Positions 39,693 through 55,216 of a DNA stretch of 64,000 bases are shown piece after piece. The number at the start of each line of letters is the position of its first letter. The stretch's first letter is position 1. Below the pieces are notes generated by a model. That model had not been told where the DNA came from, did no database searches, and was given only the letters and a program-made list of their open reading frames with translations. This DNA comes from Dimorphilus gyrociliatus (taxonomy: Eukaryota > Animalia > Annelida): assembly GCA_904063045.1 (NCBI GenBank), contig CAJFCJ010000004.1, forward strand, positions 2,101,713 through 2,165,712, in the 5' to 3' direction. Made by a program: the position numbers and the translations under genes.

Positions 39693-42600
39693 TTATCTAG
39701 CTAGCTCTATCCTTATCTTTGTCCCTCCCTCTATCTCCCTCCTCCGTCTTGTTCTTTTAATATTTTGTTCCGTCTCCACATACTAAGTATTCATTTATTG
39801 TATTAATGTGATGACGTACACTCGTTTCTATTTACCTTCCATTATTAGTCTTGTGTACAAATATGAATAGCAATAAGAAAAAATTATACTTACGTCGCCA
39901 TTCCAAACAAATCATTGAACATGTAATAAACGTAAAGCGGCTTATTATCCAAAGACCAAGGTGAAAAATCGAATTTTGTAATATTTTCACATTTTTCTGG
40001 AAGTGGGACATCAGCCAACCTATTCACTTCGTCTTCAACAGCTTGAGAATGATAACTTAAAACTTCTAAAGCAACTTTATACTTTTGCTCTGATCTTCTA
40101 ATTTTATCATATAACTTGGCATGATACAAAGCTAAGCCGCAATAAATTCCGAAACTTTCAAAAGCCTCCTCGTCGTCTTTTGTAAATATTCCATTCGATT
40201 TGTTCAGCATTTGAACCACTCCGATAATTCTGTTTTTATCAACATTATTTACGAATTAATAGACAAGAAATAAGATTGAAATTAATTACTTAAAAATATC
40301 TACTTAAAATCGATAATAATTGCATTTTTGTTATCTAATCTATACAAAAGATTGTTCCATTTGTAAGAGATAGCTCTAAGGCGTGGCTAAATATCGTTTT
40401 AACTTGAAAAGAAAATAACAGATAGAAAGAAGAGTAGGGAGGAGACTTAAACTTATGTTTTTTATTTCTAAAATCTATTAATAATGTAATTAAACAGTTA
40501 AAGTGTATGGATAATTTAACACTGTAATTAAGCTTTTGAGGGTGTAAACTAATCTAATATTCCATTCTGGAAATTATTGATAAAGTCTAAAGAAAGATAA
40601 TGTAATTTGTTACCAAAAATATTACTTATACTTATAAAAAAATCGTCTTCAATGACAACAACGTTAAATTAAAGCGAATACCAGCTAAAAGCATTTTATC
40701 AATACTTCCGCATTATAAGTATTTTTTTATAGAAAAACTCAAACTGACTGTCTTTGAAGGTGAATAGAGGCTCCTATACTTTTATACGCATATATAATAT
40801 ATGCATATACGTAAATTGTGTACGCATATATAGCCTTGTATTCTTTGTACTAGAGTAGGTATTGTAGGTATTGAGTTGAATGCCTTTTCATATGTATTAT
40901 ATGTAAAAGTATATAGATAGTGTATGAAAATGATCGCTATGCCTATGAAATGTATTTATCGCTGTATAGTATCTTTAGATGTATTCTATATCTTATATAC
41001 TAATATATGTATATATATATATATATATATATTATACCCCGCGTGTAAAATTAACAGGTGTATCTAATGGATAAGTAATCTCTTGTGCATTTCAAGAAAA
41101 CGGTTGATCTTGGTTCAAAAGCATAAGTCAATAAGAATATATAAAATTTAGGCAAGGGTAAATACTGTAGAAATATTTAACCCAATTAATCAACATTATC
41201 GCATGATTTTGTGATAAGCCCTGTCGTAGCTAAGACCTACTTTAAAACAGGAACGTTGCATTGACAAGCAGTAGCCACTCTTATAATGTTGATAATCTTA
41301 TCAACTAGATACTCTCTCCCTCAACAGTTTCTTTAACTGTAAGTTCTTTGTAAAGCATAGACTCTTTGATAGCCATATACCAAATGAAACAAGCTCATAA
41401 TTCTATCAAAGATATTAATGTTAACTTTACAGAATCATTCTACTGTTGCCTTACTTTTAGGAGAGAAATGATATTTTCTTCAAAGAAAGAAAACAATATA
41501 TTCATACATTTCTCTATTAAGTTATTTAAGCTATTCATTTTAAAACCTAAAATGGGTTTTACAGCACTAACACAATCTCAGATAGGCAATGTCTATATTG
41601 GTGTGAATGTGATATTGTTTTATGAGAGATCTCACAGAGAGCATCTATTATTTTCACTATTTTGAAAGTAAGAGGAGAGTCATAACTTGAAATAGTCTTT
41701 TGTGTGAGATTTTAGAGCTCACATATGTAATGTTTAAGGGGCATATATTCTGTATATATATATAGACTCTATATATAAAGGAAAACAATCAAATGCTACT
41801 ATGAATAAATACTTTACGTACTATATTTAAAAGCTAAAAACTTTTTCAATGTTTCTTATATAAGCTATATATAGAACATTTGTTATATATAAGGTATCTA
41901 TTCATATTTAAAACTACCTTCATTCCTTTACCAGTTTATGGATCAAAAACCTTTTATCTCTAACGTTATAGTTTGACGCATTTGATTAATTTACCTATTA
42001 AAATTCTTTCAAAGAGAGCTGACTCAAGCATGCTTTTTCTATTCCATTACTATTTTTAATATGACTATTAATTTAATAGATTATCTATTCAATTATTTCT
42101 TTTTACTTAGTACTTTGTATCAGTTATCCTTATTTGTCTGTTTCCTTTCTCTCTTACTTTGAATATCAATAACAAATGAATGTTAGGGTAACTTACGTTT
42201 TCTTCAATTTTATTGGCATACACAAAATTGTTTTAGTTGTATAACCAGTTTGAATATCGACTTGTCTATTAAATCTCTCATCGCTGTAGGCATCGTGGAT
42301 ATTTACAGTTTCACCAGTTGTAGCAACGTAGCCAGCAACGCCTTTGTCCATTGGAAATCTGTATTAGAATTATGAGATTGATAGATTTATTCCCTATACG
42401 ATTTGTTTCTAGATATAAAGCTAGGAAAGAGCTTGATTTAGAAAATTAAATAAAAATCACTAAGTAAAAATATTTATTCCTAAGAAAGAATTGATGTTAG
42501 CTTTGGCCAGTGCAAGACAATAGTACTGGTCGACCTTATTTCCTTTTGAATGGAGAGTGCAGTAGATTCCTTTTCGTCTGTACCCATATCGAATACTCTG

Positions 42601-45600
42601 GCATATAGTTGTCTGCTTTTATTATCCAATAAAAATAATGCCGTCCTGTCGGCTTGAACGAGTTTTTTGGCAAAATCCTGCAAATTTGCGGTGAGGTTAA
42701 GTGCAATTAAAAAGAATTCCAAAAATTAAGTGATTAGATCGTTATATAGGAATCTTTAATCGTCTTTTTCATTTCTATAGTATTCATTAATTATGTAGTT
42801 AATTAATTCTAGTTTGTATTGCATATAGGATGCCAGATATTTTCCTTTTTGTTACTTACTATTAAAAACTATTTATCAATGAAAGGTTTTGTAAGTTAAA
42901 GTACGATAAATTAGTCAATAGAAGAGAAAAGAGGTGAAGATAAATGTAAAGGACAAGAAACTGGAAAGAAAGAGAGAAAGAGAGAGAGAGAGAATAACTA
43001 AATTGAACAAGTGAGATAAAGGCGAGAAGCACAAATCAGAAGAGAATAAGGGGAAGTAGCATTCGTCAAAGTTCTTTAAAATGTGTACAGACAGAAAAAA
43101 TTTAGAAAACTGGCAAATTAAGCATTGGACTAAAATTTCGTGTACGTTTGTTAATTAATTTGTTAAAAACTAGTGTGTAATTTAAAAATAGACTCGTCTG
43201 TAAACATCAGTCGTGTAAATTATTCTCTTTTTTTTATTTCTCTCCCGTTTCCTCTTATATAATATTGTCTTAATAAGTATACAATGAAGAGTAAAAGGAA
43301 TGAGAAAATATATTAAAGTTACAGATAGAAATACAATTTCAAAGTAATATTTTATAAATGAAAGAAATATGATGGATAGAAAATTGATAAAACAAGTTGT
43401 CCAAAAAGAATTATATAAATTAGAATTGAACCTAAATCGTGCATGCAAACCTGACTTCTTTTCTGCTGACAGTTGAAAATTCAGTATCGAAAACACGCGC
43501 ATATAACTGCTTGTTGGTTTGATCAACGAGGAAAAGAGACGCCCTATCTGCGTTTACTAGAAACTGGGCTAATTTCTGAATAACTTTCACTTAAATTTTT
43601 CATAAAAATTTTATAAGAATAAGCCTTACTCACCATTATCTTCATGATTACTGTATCCATGGAAATATCTTGAAATATAGATCTGTTTAAATTATAAGCA
43701 AAAGAAAAAAAACGTTTAATTATGATTGCGATCTATTGATCATTAAAAGTTTATCCTTAAGAGCTTACTTGGCAACACTTAAAAGGAATTCGTTCAATTT
43801 TCTCTGTCTCGTCATATTGTAGTACATCTGTTAGCAGATTAAATACATTAGATCTTAATACATAATTGATGAAACAACACTAGAAAGCAGCAGACAACAT
43901 AATTAATCAATAAAATAGATGGATGTAGATGTCTAGAGAAAAAAAATAATAATTTTGTTTTATTAATAAAATAATCGCAATCAAACTTCATAATAATAAT
44001 AATGATAATGATAATAAAAAGAATAAATAAAACAAAGTAAGAGAGAAACGAAACTAATACGAAGATGAGGGGAAAAAAATAACAAAACAACAGTAATAAA
44101 AGTTAGTATTACGACGCCAATTTGATCATCAAAATGAAATAAAAAAAGAATTTTTTATATAAAAGATATATAAAATATTTTTTTTACCAAAAACAAAAAA
44201 TATTTTCGAGAATCTTTTTTTTTTAAAAAACAAAAAAAAGGAAATATTTATAAAAATAAAAAAAAGAAGAAGAGATCTATTTTTTTTTTAAAATAAAATA
44301 AAAGTGTACATTGCACAAATTGGGTCAAACCTGAGCAAAATTCACAACTAATTCTCCCCAAACTGTTAATTCTCCCGTTATCTAAAAAAATTAGTTAAAC
44401 ACAAAAAAAACTTAGCATTAAAATAATTAGAAAATTAGTATTGTTAAAATGGCTTTGAAGCTAAGACTATGGAACAATTGAAGATAACTAGGCAATTATT
44501 TCATGGCGAATAAAATAAAATTAAATTTTCTATTAAAGAAAATTAAATTAATTCACACTTTTAATTTTTTTTTATTGTCCTTTTATAATTGCCTAAAAAT
44601 CTCTATAGCGCCTTTTTTATAAGCACGATATCATACCTTTTGACACGGTAGAAGGTAATTTAAATGCGTTAATAATATTTCTCCTGACTGATTTTATATA
44701 AAAGAAGGTAAAAGAAATAGTAAAAAAACTTTTCATATATATATATAATTACATATAAATATCCAAATGTCTCATATTAATTTTTATACATATATATATA
44801 TAGAATACATATTTTTATGTTTCTTTTATATATAAAGTACAATATTCACCTCTTGTTCGTCCTCATTAAATGGTGTATGCCCAACAGTCCTGTATAATTC
44901 AATGACACCCAATAACTCTTCCGTGTCCAAATGAATAATAGGAAAGGCGAGAACAGATTGAGCACTTCCTCCATCATTTGCCGGACCTAATCCTTCAGGA
45001 TATCTATCATCCTAGATAAAAAGTAATTCGTAATAATTTATAATTGTCAACGTATCATGAAAATCGTTAAATTCCATTGTAATACTAACTATAATATGCT
45101 ATCTCTATTTTATATTGAAAAGAGAGACAATAGACTATTAAATAATACTATATAAACAACTAAAAACGGAAAAGGATGAATATATATGCTTTAAGAAAAA
45201 GTACGAAATCCGATAACTTACTTAAAGAAAAAAAATAAGAATCCTATTATAGCTAAAAATGATTAATCTATTAGATTAACAAAAATATATTTACCCCAAG
45301 AATTTCATCAACCCTCGTTGTTTTCCTTACATGAGCAACAAAGGCGGCCAGACAACTTCCTTCGCCAACGTCTCGGACCAAAGGAGAAACCGATCGATCA
45401 CTATTATTACGCAATAGAATTAGAGGAAGAGAGATAGATAAATATATAGATGGATAGATAGATAGATGATTAGATAGATAGACGGCTATATAGATAGATG
45501 GTTAGATAGAGCGGAAGAGAGTAAAAGAAAGAGAGAGAGAGAGAGTAGGAGGGATGGAATGAAAGATAAAAAACAAATAAGATATATATATATATATATG

Positions 45601-48600
45601 CAGAGAGAAAGAGAGAGAGTGATGAAAAAAGAACATTTCAAATAATGTAAAAGCAGAAAAAGTAAAATATATAAACAATGAAAAAGTAGTAAATAACCTG
45701 AATTTTTCAGTAAAGTAATATATCTGGTTAGTGCTGCTATCGCACATGTACAAATTTCCTCCATCTGCGTTGATTGCTGTTTCCATGTATAATACATTTA
45801 TAATTTATTAATTATGAATTATTTAGACATTTTACCTTTAGCTACAGTTTGAGATAATTCGTATAAAAGGAAGGCTTGATTAGGCTGTTGCCAGATATTT
45901 TTTGTTAATTGAGCTAAATGTTGGCATTTTTCGACCTGTATAAGAATTTAATAGTATGGACAGGATATAAAAAAATAATAATCAATCTTTCTTTTCGTGA
46001 TGAAACCTTTTCCGTATCTTCGAGAGAACTTTCATTTCCAGAAGTATTTTTGTCTTTTTCTGCATTGTAATCTTCTAGTAAAATAACAAAGACATCATTC
46101 ATATTAATATATGTATGTGTTGTAAATTGTGAAAATAAATTACCGTTGATTTGTCTATAACGTTTTTTAACCCAATTTTCAACTATATCCGGTGGTACAT
46201 GTCGAAAAATATATTTTTCTAAAAATTCCGGATGCTCCTTCAAGTAAATTTTTACTGAATCTTCGTTCATTTCTGTATAATAACAAAAATTAATTGATTA
46301 AATTTACAAGTAAGAATTTTGATCCTTTGATGAAATTAATGAATCAATTGAACAATCGATAATCAAGTATTTCTCCATTCAGGAGAGATTTCTAGCTAAG
46401 CAATATTGGATTTATGTTAATTAGTTTGATTGATTCATTTTTCTTAGTAATTTAATTGAAATTTTAATTAAAAACGTTATGACCAACTCTATTGATTTCA
46501 ACTTGGGTTTCGGAATATTTTATACGCGACCGTAGAGTAAAATGTTTCGTTTTATCCGTCACTAGCTAAGGCCGAATATTTTATGCCGGACAAGGACGAT
46601 TGTTCACTATAGCGATGAATTTGTCATACTAATCTTTGATAATTCGCTAGTAGATTAAAAGGCCTATTTTTTTTTTAAATGTAAAAACACTTAACTTCTC
46701 TATACATGCTTAGCGCTAATATACAAACACTTTCCCGCTAAGTTCTTGTTTAAGTTAAGTATTTAATTCAGTACATTGAATTATACCGAAAGTTTAAATA
46801 ACTTAATAGTGGAAAACGAAAGAGAATGTGAGAAGAAAATAGAGATTTTTAAAAAGTTAGAAAGGGTAAGCGTATTATTATTTCTTTTTATTAAAAATAT
46901 CATGTTAATCAATCTACGCCTCTATCCATCTTTATTAATATAAAGAATGTTGCGGGATAGGGGTGCGGGCGCAGGGGTAAGAGGGAAACTAATAAGATAT
47001 TTTAGGAACGAAATAGCTGTCGGTATTTTTGGAAAGGAAAAAGAAGTATTGTTGAAAAGTTCTGTTAGAAGACGAGAACAAGGGAGAGAAAGAGAGAGAG
47101 GCGTGGGGAGGAGAAGGAAAAAAAGAAAAGTAATCACTTTACTATACACCTCCATTTAAATGGATTGAAAACATATAAAATCAATTCATTAAATAACGAT
47201 ATTTTAAAGATATTTTAAAAAGATTAAAATGTTCTCTTTTCCTAGTTAATTGATTTATAAAAAATGATGACATATAAAACTGTCGAGGAACCTGTAAAAG
47301 CTCTTAAAATATTTGTCTAGGCTCTCTGTCTTAAGCCTAGATGACTGTAAATATAATCAATAACTTTTCATTACAAACAACAATGTAAAAAAAGAAACTA
47401 CAAGTAGAATAAGCATAAAAAAATTGAGAGTGAGAGAGACAGAGAGAAGAAAAAAACGAAAGAAAAAGAGAAAAAAAAAAAGGAGTACAAAAGAAAACTT
47501 GCACCTTACCAACTCTCTTTTAATAAAAGAAACGCAAAAGTAAAGTCACCAAGACACTCTAATCCCTTCTTCAAAACATATTTTCACTAAAATTGAATTG
47601 TCCATTCAACGAATAGGTCTGGTTGTTGAAAATATCTAACGTATGTTACATATATGTTATTACAGATACATATATGTAGTTGTAATATCTAACTAGGTAT
47701 ATTTGCGAAGATAAAAAAGACACAAGTTGGGATAATAACAATCTCTGCTAGCTTTTATCTACAGAGCACTTGATATCTGATAGCTAGTAATTTTTCACAA
47801 GGCATTTTTAGGATACACAGTAAGAGAGAGTTAGTCTTTCTACTTTGCTAATTACACCTAACTTTGCCCTAAACTGTCGTTGAATGTTGAAAAAGAGATT
47901 ATTCCATTACAAAAGAATATTTCACTCACCTCTATTCGAATTGTGTAGGCCATTCAGCGGTTGACCTGAATGTATTGCTCCGGATTAGACAAGGATTAAT
48001 AAAAGAAATTAAAAATAAAGAAAAGAGAAGAAATAGAAGAAAACCTTCAGATTTTCTTCTTTATAGAAAATTTATATATTATCAATAAAGAAACTATTTA
48101 ATTGATATGAGATAAGAGTTAGTCGCTTATTAATTTTTACTACTACCGTATGTTTTTCAAATTGTGATCAAACTATATATTTAACCGAATGTCAATAAAC
48201 AGGTGCTAAATCACAACGTCAGGTTAGAGCTCAGTAGCATAGTCGATATTGAATAGGTTGATATATGATTAGTTAAAGTCATTACAGTTTTATAAAAATA
48301 ATACAATTGTGCAGATAAACATATTCCTCTATTATTAAGATATTATCAATATCATATATATATATATATATATTATTTATTACTAAGAGCGAATACTCTG
48401 TTTTGCACAGTTTTTCTTATAAACAGCATATCTACTTGCATATATACTCTATATAACAGAGTTTAATTGTAAATATAGCTTGTATTTTTAACCAACCGTT
48501 TTACGATGATATTAATAAGTTTAATAGATTAATTTATCATCAAAAGTCCTTTTCTTTTAGAAACAAACACCATTCGTCTTATAAGATATACTTCCAAAGG

Positions 48601-50520
48601 CTAGCATGTGGTATTGTAATTTTTCGAACACGTTGATTAATTAAGTACTTAATAAATAGGCCTAGATTGCATTTAAGTATGTCTTTGCTATTAGAAATTT
48701 TATTTTTTACGGCTTTACCTTAATCTTGATTATAGAATATATTGAGTTATTCAAAATTGCAAAACTGGAAAAATTCAATTGTTATAAAAGAAAGATGAAA
48801 GGCCGCCTACTCATTAACCTTGCGTACAGATTATTAAATTAGTGGAAAGAAAATTAATCTATTCTTATGGCAACAACGAAAAATGTCTATAAGAAAACTT
48901 AGTTATATATATATATATAGATATAATAGCTAAATTGCCAAGGGTTCTTCTTTAAGAAATATACTATTATTCGTATAACCCTTTAAATTCCCTTTATCCT
49001 CTATTTTTCTTTCTTTCTGTTTGTTTTTTATTTTTTAACTACCCCCTTCATAAATTTTTGGTGTGTTTTCGTCTATCGTCTATTCAATTTTTACTATTTT
49101 CATTTGTTTTTTAATGCTAAAAAAAACGAAATAATAATAATAAAAACAACAACAACATACAAAATAGTCTATGTTTTTTAATTCTACTTTGTTAGCCTTT
49201 GTAAACTTTTCTTTTAATACAAACAACGTATGGCTTAAAAGTAAAAGTAAACTTTTGAAAATCTCCATCAACAAATGAGAAAAGAAATACTGACACGTTA
49301 ACACGTTAGCTTATCCTTACACTATTATTAAATAAGCTATGACGCAACGAAGAGAAAATATATATATATATACTAATATATATTTATATGAAAGTATATC
49401 TAAGACATAATTTATTGAAAGATTAAAATATTATATAAATAAATAACATTTATTTTTTATTATACTATTTAAATAATAATTCAAGATTGACCTGTTTTTT
49501 TTTCTTTTCTTTTGCTGTTAGCTTTTTTTACCGATTGTTATACTTAGTTGATTTTTAACGCAGATATTAACCAATCGTTACAAAACCTACAAATATAATG
49601 TTCTGTTGAGAGGTTTTAGGCATTTAGTTTACAGTATTTTTACCCCCCTTAAAGGTAAAAATAGGAACAATACATTGAGGTGACGTAAATGCTTTTAATT
49701 TCGTTTCCTTATCTGACAGGATATGAATGAGTTTGTGTGAAATTACAAGTGTCGATATTAAGCCTTTCTATCACTCGTCATAACAATTTTCCAACTTGAT
49801 TTCCAACCAAAAATAAATTAACCTTTTAACTACGATTTCCTTTGCTTTACTTTCTCTTCCATTCTCATTTTTACCTACACTTTCTATCCATTTTAACAAT
49901 TTGTATGGCTTATTTGCCTGTTAAATTTTGACTAAACTTTAATCTTTATTAAGAAAGCTACCATTAACGAAATTAAGACAGCTAGGTCTACAAAAGATAT
50001 CCACTCACTAAATGGAGGGATTAATTAGGGCAAGACACAATCAGTGAACTGATTTTCAGACAGTTTTTGTAAAAAAAAATAATAAAAAACTATTAAATTT
50101 CTACTTATCAAATGGTATCAGGTATGTAATTCTATTAAAAGGTGTACACTAAAAGAATTCAATTCTTTTTTGTTGTCTAAAATATGATTTGACATTCGGT
50201 GTTAAGTTGAAAATAGTAAGTAAATTTGTATATTCCTATCGAAAAGCAGCTTTTCAGGCTTTATAAGTTACGTAAAATTACTTAATGCGTTCAATCGTAA
50301 CAAAACTTTGCGATCGTATTTAAATTAGTTTTAAAAGAGAATAAACTGATGCTAAAAACTTACCAGTTACCATCATATCATTATTCCTCCTAGGCGATCT
50401 TGGATTTAGCACTGGTCCTGGTCCAGGCGATGTTACGCCCGGGCTTACCGCCCCTCTCCTAGCAGCACCCGGAAGAGGGGGTAATCTTCTAGTATGCATT
50501 TGTCTTGACGGACTACTCAT
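36585..50520 (-). CDS. PDE10A: PDE10-like cyclic nucleotide phosphodiesterase (GAF-A, GAF-B, PDEase), 821 aa per isoform
   Basis: Exons (minus) 50520-50364, 46272-46144, 46074-46007, 45935-45836, 45776-45698, 45400-45295, 45011-44850, 44381-44331, 43827-43769, 43682-43634, 42677-42535, 42358-42197, 40229-39894, 39417-39267, 39201-39046, 38526-38354, [38174-38063 OR 37902-37791], 36933-36764 and 36687-36585. Total 2466 nt, in frame with one alternative exon. Motifs: [25 protein letters not shown]...[40 protein letters not shown]. Confidence 0.9.
37791..37902 (-). CDS. PDE mutually exclusive exon B (R|[37 protein letters not shown])
   Basis: 112 nt, CAG acceptor, GTGCTT donor, phase 2 in and phase 0 out. 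Paralogous to exon A. Confidence 0.85.
38063..38174 (-). CDS. PDE mutually exclusive exon A (R|[37 protein letters not shown])
   Basis: 112 nt, CAG acceptor, GTTAGA donor, phase 2 in and phase 0 out. Paralogous to exon B. Confidence 0.85.
45433..45500. repeat. Imperfect (GATA)n tract in a PDE intron
   Basis: Directly visible. Confidence 0.85.
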
Positions 50521-50567
50521 CAGCAATGACACTACTTCAACACGGGCGTCATGGAAACGAGAAAATG

Positions 50568-50580
50568 GTCGCCTAGCAAC
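50568..50580. promoter_or_regulatory. RFX X-box GTCGCC-T-AGCAAC upstream of the PDE start
   Basis: Exact match to GTNRCC(N0-3)RGYAAC, 48 bp upstream of the ATG at 50520. Confidence 0.6.
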
Positions 50581-52876
50581 GTATAAATTTTTTTGTGCTT
50601 TATTGAATCACCTGCTGCATCTTAGATGGCGTTTGCAAGCAAAACGATTATCTTCTATTTTTCCACAGCACAAAATAAACAGATTAAGTAAGTTTCCGGT
50701 TAGAATATTGCTCAAAAGGAGAAAACAGAAGAAAACGGAAAAAATGAATAATTAAAGGGAGAAAGAACAATCTGCGGGAAAGGGAGAAAAATCGCTGCAT
50801 ACATCAAGAATTATTGATCAATAAAGGAAAAAGGCGCCACACACAGCAATATTGGCGTAAGCAAGTTATTTAAAGCGAAGACAACTTAAAAGCTCAATTT
50901 TCTCCTTACCTGCCACTTTTTCCATCCATATTTTCTAGAAAAAAAACTGTAAAGAGAATGTTCAAATATTTTTCATAAAGACCATTTTAGAGACAACCAA
51001 AAAAACACTTGCGCAAAACCTATATGTTCTGGAGGCGATTCAATTGCATTGTGTGAATAAAAATGTGATCAATTTGTAATTATGGCCTTTTGAGAGTATT
51101 GTAGTACTTTTATGGTTTTCTGATATTGATTATGCGTATAATTTCTTCTTTCAATCAATTATTGGTAAATACGCGACACATATATAAATATATTTCCTTA
51201 TGTGTTGACATGCATTAAAGTATATACATCAATAAACATATATATATTATATATATAATCACTAATCTATACTATTTCTTAGTTAATAAATGTATAATCG
51301 TATCTTTCTTAGTAACACAGATTCAAATATATATCTTACCATATATTTTATAAATATACTAAGTTCTTATTCACCTGAATATACCTTAAATATACTTATT
51401 ATACAGTTTCAACATAGTTTTCTGCTCAAACTTTTTATATAAACAGGAAGTTCTATATATCATAATGCCTATGTTTTTCTCAAATTTACCTTTGAATTTT
51501 AGCTCACCATACGTCAGACCGTTAATGCTTACATTGAAAAATATTAACAAACATTACATAGTAGTCCATAAGGACAAAAGGTGTCGCCACATTATGACCT
51601 TACTTTTTTCATGTCAATTCAGTTTACTATTTATTTCAATTATTGAATAACTTAAATGTATTCTATCTAATGTACTTGCACAGATTTTTGACTAAATCTG
51701 CAATAGTTACTTGTTCTATGTCCAGTTTTTGAAAGTTTTCTCAGAGAGTTTGTCACGCAGATTTTCAAAGATCAAATTTCAATTACGAAATTACTTGCGA
51801 AACAACTTTTGCTAAAAGTGAATAAATTAACAAAAAAGCTCTTTCATTGGATACTTAACAATAGTTAATTTGTATATATATATGTGTATTATATTGTATA
51901 TTATAACTATATATAAAAGCCAAGGAAATTATGAATATTTATTGATTGAAATCAACACTGAAAATGACGTAAACGACCTGTAATTTGCAAGTTATATTAA
52001 GTAAAATACTGTGTTTATTATTCTAAACTTGCACGTATTGATATAATGCAAAAGGGATACTATATCAAAACTGTCTTTTTATGGTTCACCTATAAAGAGT
52101 AACCTGAAAGATGGAAAAAGCTATTTATATTTTCATATACAGTAAATTATATAGTAAACACTTAGGAAATAAAAAACAATTTTGTTAGTGATTTGAAATA
52201 TGAAGTCAATCTATAACTTAAAGCTGACTAAGCGAAAACTTTCCATTAATTTAATATACATTATAAGAAATAGCAAAAGTAAATATTTGAAACAAATGGA
52301 TGACTATGAAATTATTATTTAATTGTAAATTGTTCGATTAGGAGTTGTAATCTTTTAGTAAAACATTAAAAATGAATTAAATAATAATCTTTATAATTTA
52401 ATTTTATTACTTAAACCTAATTTTAGTAAATTTAATAACTTTTACATAATAGTTTGTCATATTACTAATTCTTAATTGACCTATCAAAACAACACCCTAG
52501 AATGTTATTGTAACGAGTTGAAATTGCTGTAAAAGCCATTTTTTCAATGTGAAAGTTTTACAATTTTGACAGAATGCAATTGCTTTCCGTTACCTCTAAT
52601 GGAAGGAAAATCGAAAGAAATCGATAAATTACAAACAAATTTTATGATAAGATAAAATGACGATAAATTAGAGATAAACTGCAAAAATGATAAGATTACA
52701 AGAGAAAAATGCAAAAGCAGCGAATATACCGTAAGGAAAAAATGCATTAAATGCAGATTAGAAATATGATAAGTAAAAAACTCTGAAAGAGATAAAATAG
52801 AGAGAGGAACTTCCATTAAATAATTGTAAAACTGCTATTTGATAAAAAAGATATGTATATATTGTATATACATATA

Positions 52877-52879
<3 letters not shown>

Positions 52880-52912
<33 letters not shown>
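52880..52912. repeat. (TA)n microsatellite adjoining the left inverted-repeat copy
   Basis: Directly visible. Confidence 0.95.
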
Positions 52913-52915
<3 letters not shown>

Positions 52916-52918
52916 ATG

Positions 52919-53108
52919 GTCTACACTAATGGAGGAAAATATTGAGTACAGAGTCTATAGGGATCAGTATATGGATTTAAACGAATGACGCGGATTGTTA
53001 ATTCTAAAAATGAATGATAGCAGCATATCGATCTAGTAAAAAGGCTTGAAAATCGATCATTTTCACAGCTGGCTGCGATTGTGGTCGGTTCAACCTATGA
53101 GAAAATTT
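52919..53108 (+). repeat. ~190-bp dispersed repeat, left copy (inverted relative to 56513-56701)
   Basis: Manual alignment to the reverse complement of 56513-56701 gives about 24 mismatches and 1 gap in 190 bp (~87%). The core 52962-53070 has 5 mismatches. It abuts a (TA)n tract. Confidence 0.9.
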
Positions 53109-55216
53109 CTTGTCTTTGTTTAACTTTTGAAACAATATTCAATACTTTTCTATCCGAATAATATAAAACTTTCAAAAATGGCTCTGTCCTTTTCCGATTA
53201 GGAGGAAATGCATATAAGATATTGTTTTTAAGACTTTTTCAAAGTCAACAAAATACCTTTAACAATACTGTCATATCGACTACAGGATTAGGAAATGATT
53301 GAGTAAATAGAGTGTTGTTAGTACTAATATAATTATGTATTTTTTAAAATTTTATTATTTATATGATAAAATCAATTATTAGCTATCTTCAATCTTTCTT
53401 ATAGTGTTATTCTTATATATTTTTGTATAGGGGATTATAAAAAAGAATGATTGTTATAGCATTTAAAAGAAATATTGGATTCTATATTTAGCTATCATCT
53501 CTTATTATGTAAAATTTTAGATGAACATAAATGAATTGGACATATTTTACAGGTTTACTTAAAAATCTGTCAAGTTTATTTCAACTAATCTCTTTTTATT
53601 ATTATCATTTTTTATATTCTTAGTATTTAGTTTAAAAGGTTTTATTGGAAGTTTTAGAATCTAGAGTTTCTTTTTTATTGGTTGTCAAGTAAAAATTAAC
53701 TTGTATTCTTTATATACAAGTACAAAGGAAGAACTAACTTCATTTATATATTCATTGATGCATCTATATCTCCATTACCTATATGATACATGTACTTTTA
53801 TAAACATACTTTATTATATTTATCATTTAAGCATTTAATTTAAGATATTTCTATCTTTTTAGTATGTTTGCATAGAATTTTAAAATTTTCTATTTATTAC
53901 TTGTTATTGGTTTGTTATACATACGGTTTATCTAAATATTTATAAATAAGGTCATATTTAATGCTCTTTTGCTTTTTATTGGTTTAAAAACATCTTACAA
54001 ATAGCTTTTTTTAATGCTTGTCCTTCCCCTCACCGTTTACTTATCTAACCACGTTTCTTCTTGGAAACTAGTCTTTTATAAATGGATAAATCATCTTCAA
54101 TTTTTTTACAATAAAGTATATATACCATAAAGTATATGCCTTAAATAGGTAATTATGGCGAATATTTTAAAAATGGATTTATTTAAGAGGGAAGACATAT
54201 AAAATGAAGAGGTCTTTAACAAAGTATGTTTTATATCTAGTTCTTCTCAAGTTAGTTGTGCAGTCATTCAATTTCATTGTAAATTCATTGATTGAAATTT
54301 TAGAATTAGGAGGAGTGTAAAAGTTGAATTCGTTTCATATATAGCTGGAATAAAAATATTTTCGTAAAGGTATACGGTGTAAAATTAATCTTCACTCTTA
54401 ATGGAAAGTAAGCAAACTATAAAACAAAAGACTTCATTAGTTGTCTAAAGAATAAAAATTATAAAGCTATTTAACTACATTATAACTTAATTAACTAATT
54501 TGTTTATTAATTATTAAAGCCTGAATTTAATTGACATCTTGCACCAATAAAAATATTCAACACAATATCCCTTTAACTACGAAGCCAATAAAATTTTATT
54601 CTTATGATTAGATTATCTTCAGAAGAAGACAAATCAAGCCTGCAGCATCTTTCTACATGGAATATATAAACTCCATAGCTATAAATATACCTTTGTTATC
54701 ACTTATAGACTAGAAATAATTACAATTATAGTATATAGAATATTTTTGAAACAGCATATTTATTAAATTATAATGGAAATGGATTTTAATAATAAATGTA
54801 CAAGTATTGAATCAATAATATATATGTTTATACCTAGCGTTTGGCGTATCTTTATATAATAAAAGCTTAATAAGCCAATCAGAAAAGAATAAGTGATTCG
54901 TAAAAACGCAGTATTTAAGATTACTTCAGAATTATTATTGTAAAAATATATAAAAAGAGAAGGTCAATTTATAGAGTTGTAAACAGACTAAAATATGAGA
55001 ATATTATAAATAGTCTTCTATATTTTTTAGGAAGCTCTTAACGATTCTAAAAATAGGTTCTCTTAAAAACTCATGAAATCTTTTATATAAACTTTATGAA
55101 TTTGATTAAATAGAGATCACAATTAAAAAAAGATTTTTACTTAATTCTTTCTTTCTTTTTCAAATTTCTTTTAATTTTTACATTCTTATATTTTCTATTT
55201 AGTAATAAAATAATAA

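Noticed and set aside
41310-41345. Plus-strand pyrimidine tract + CAG + 11 nt + GTAAGT inside a PDE intron, suggesting a nested antisense gene
   Set aside because: No neighbouring plus-strand exons with an open frame could be linked.
47925-48000. Possible alternative PDE first exon ending GAG|GTGAGT
   Set aside because: Its only ATG is out of phase with exon 2. It might be a non-coding leader, but sequence alone cannot support it.
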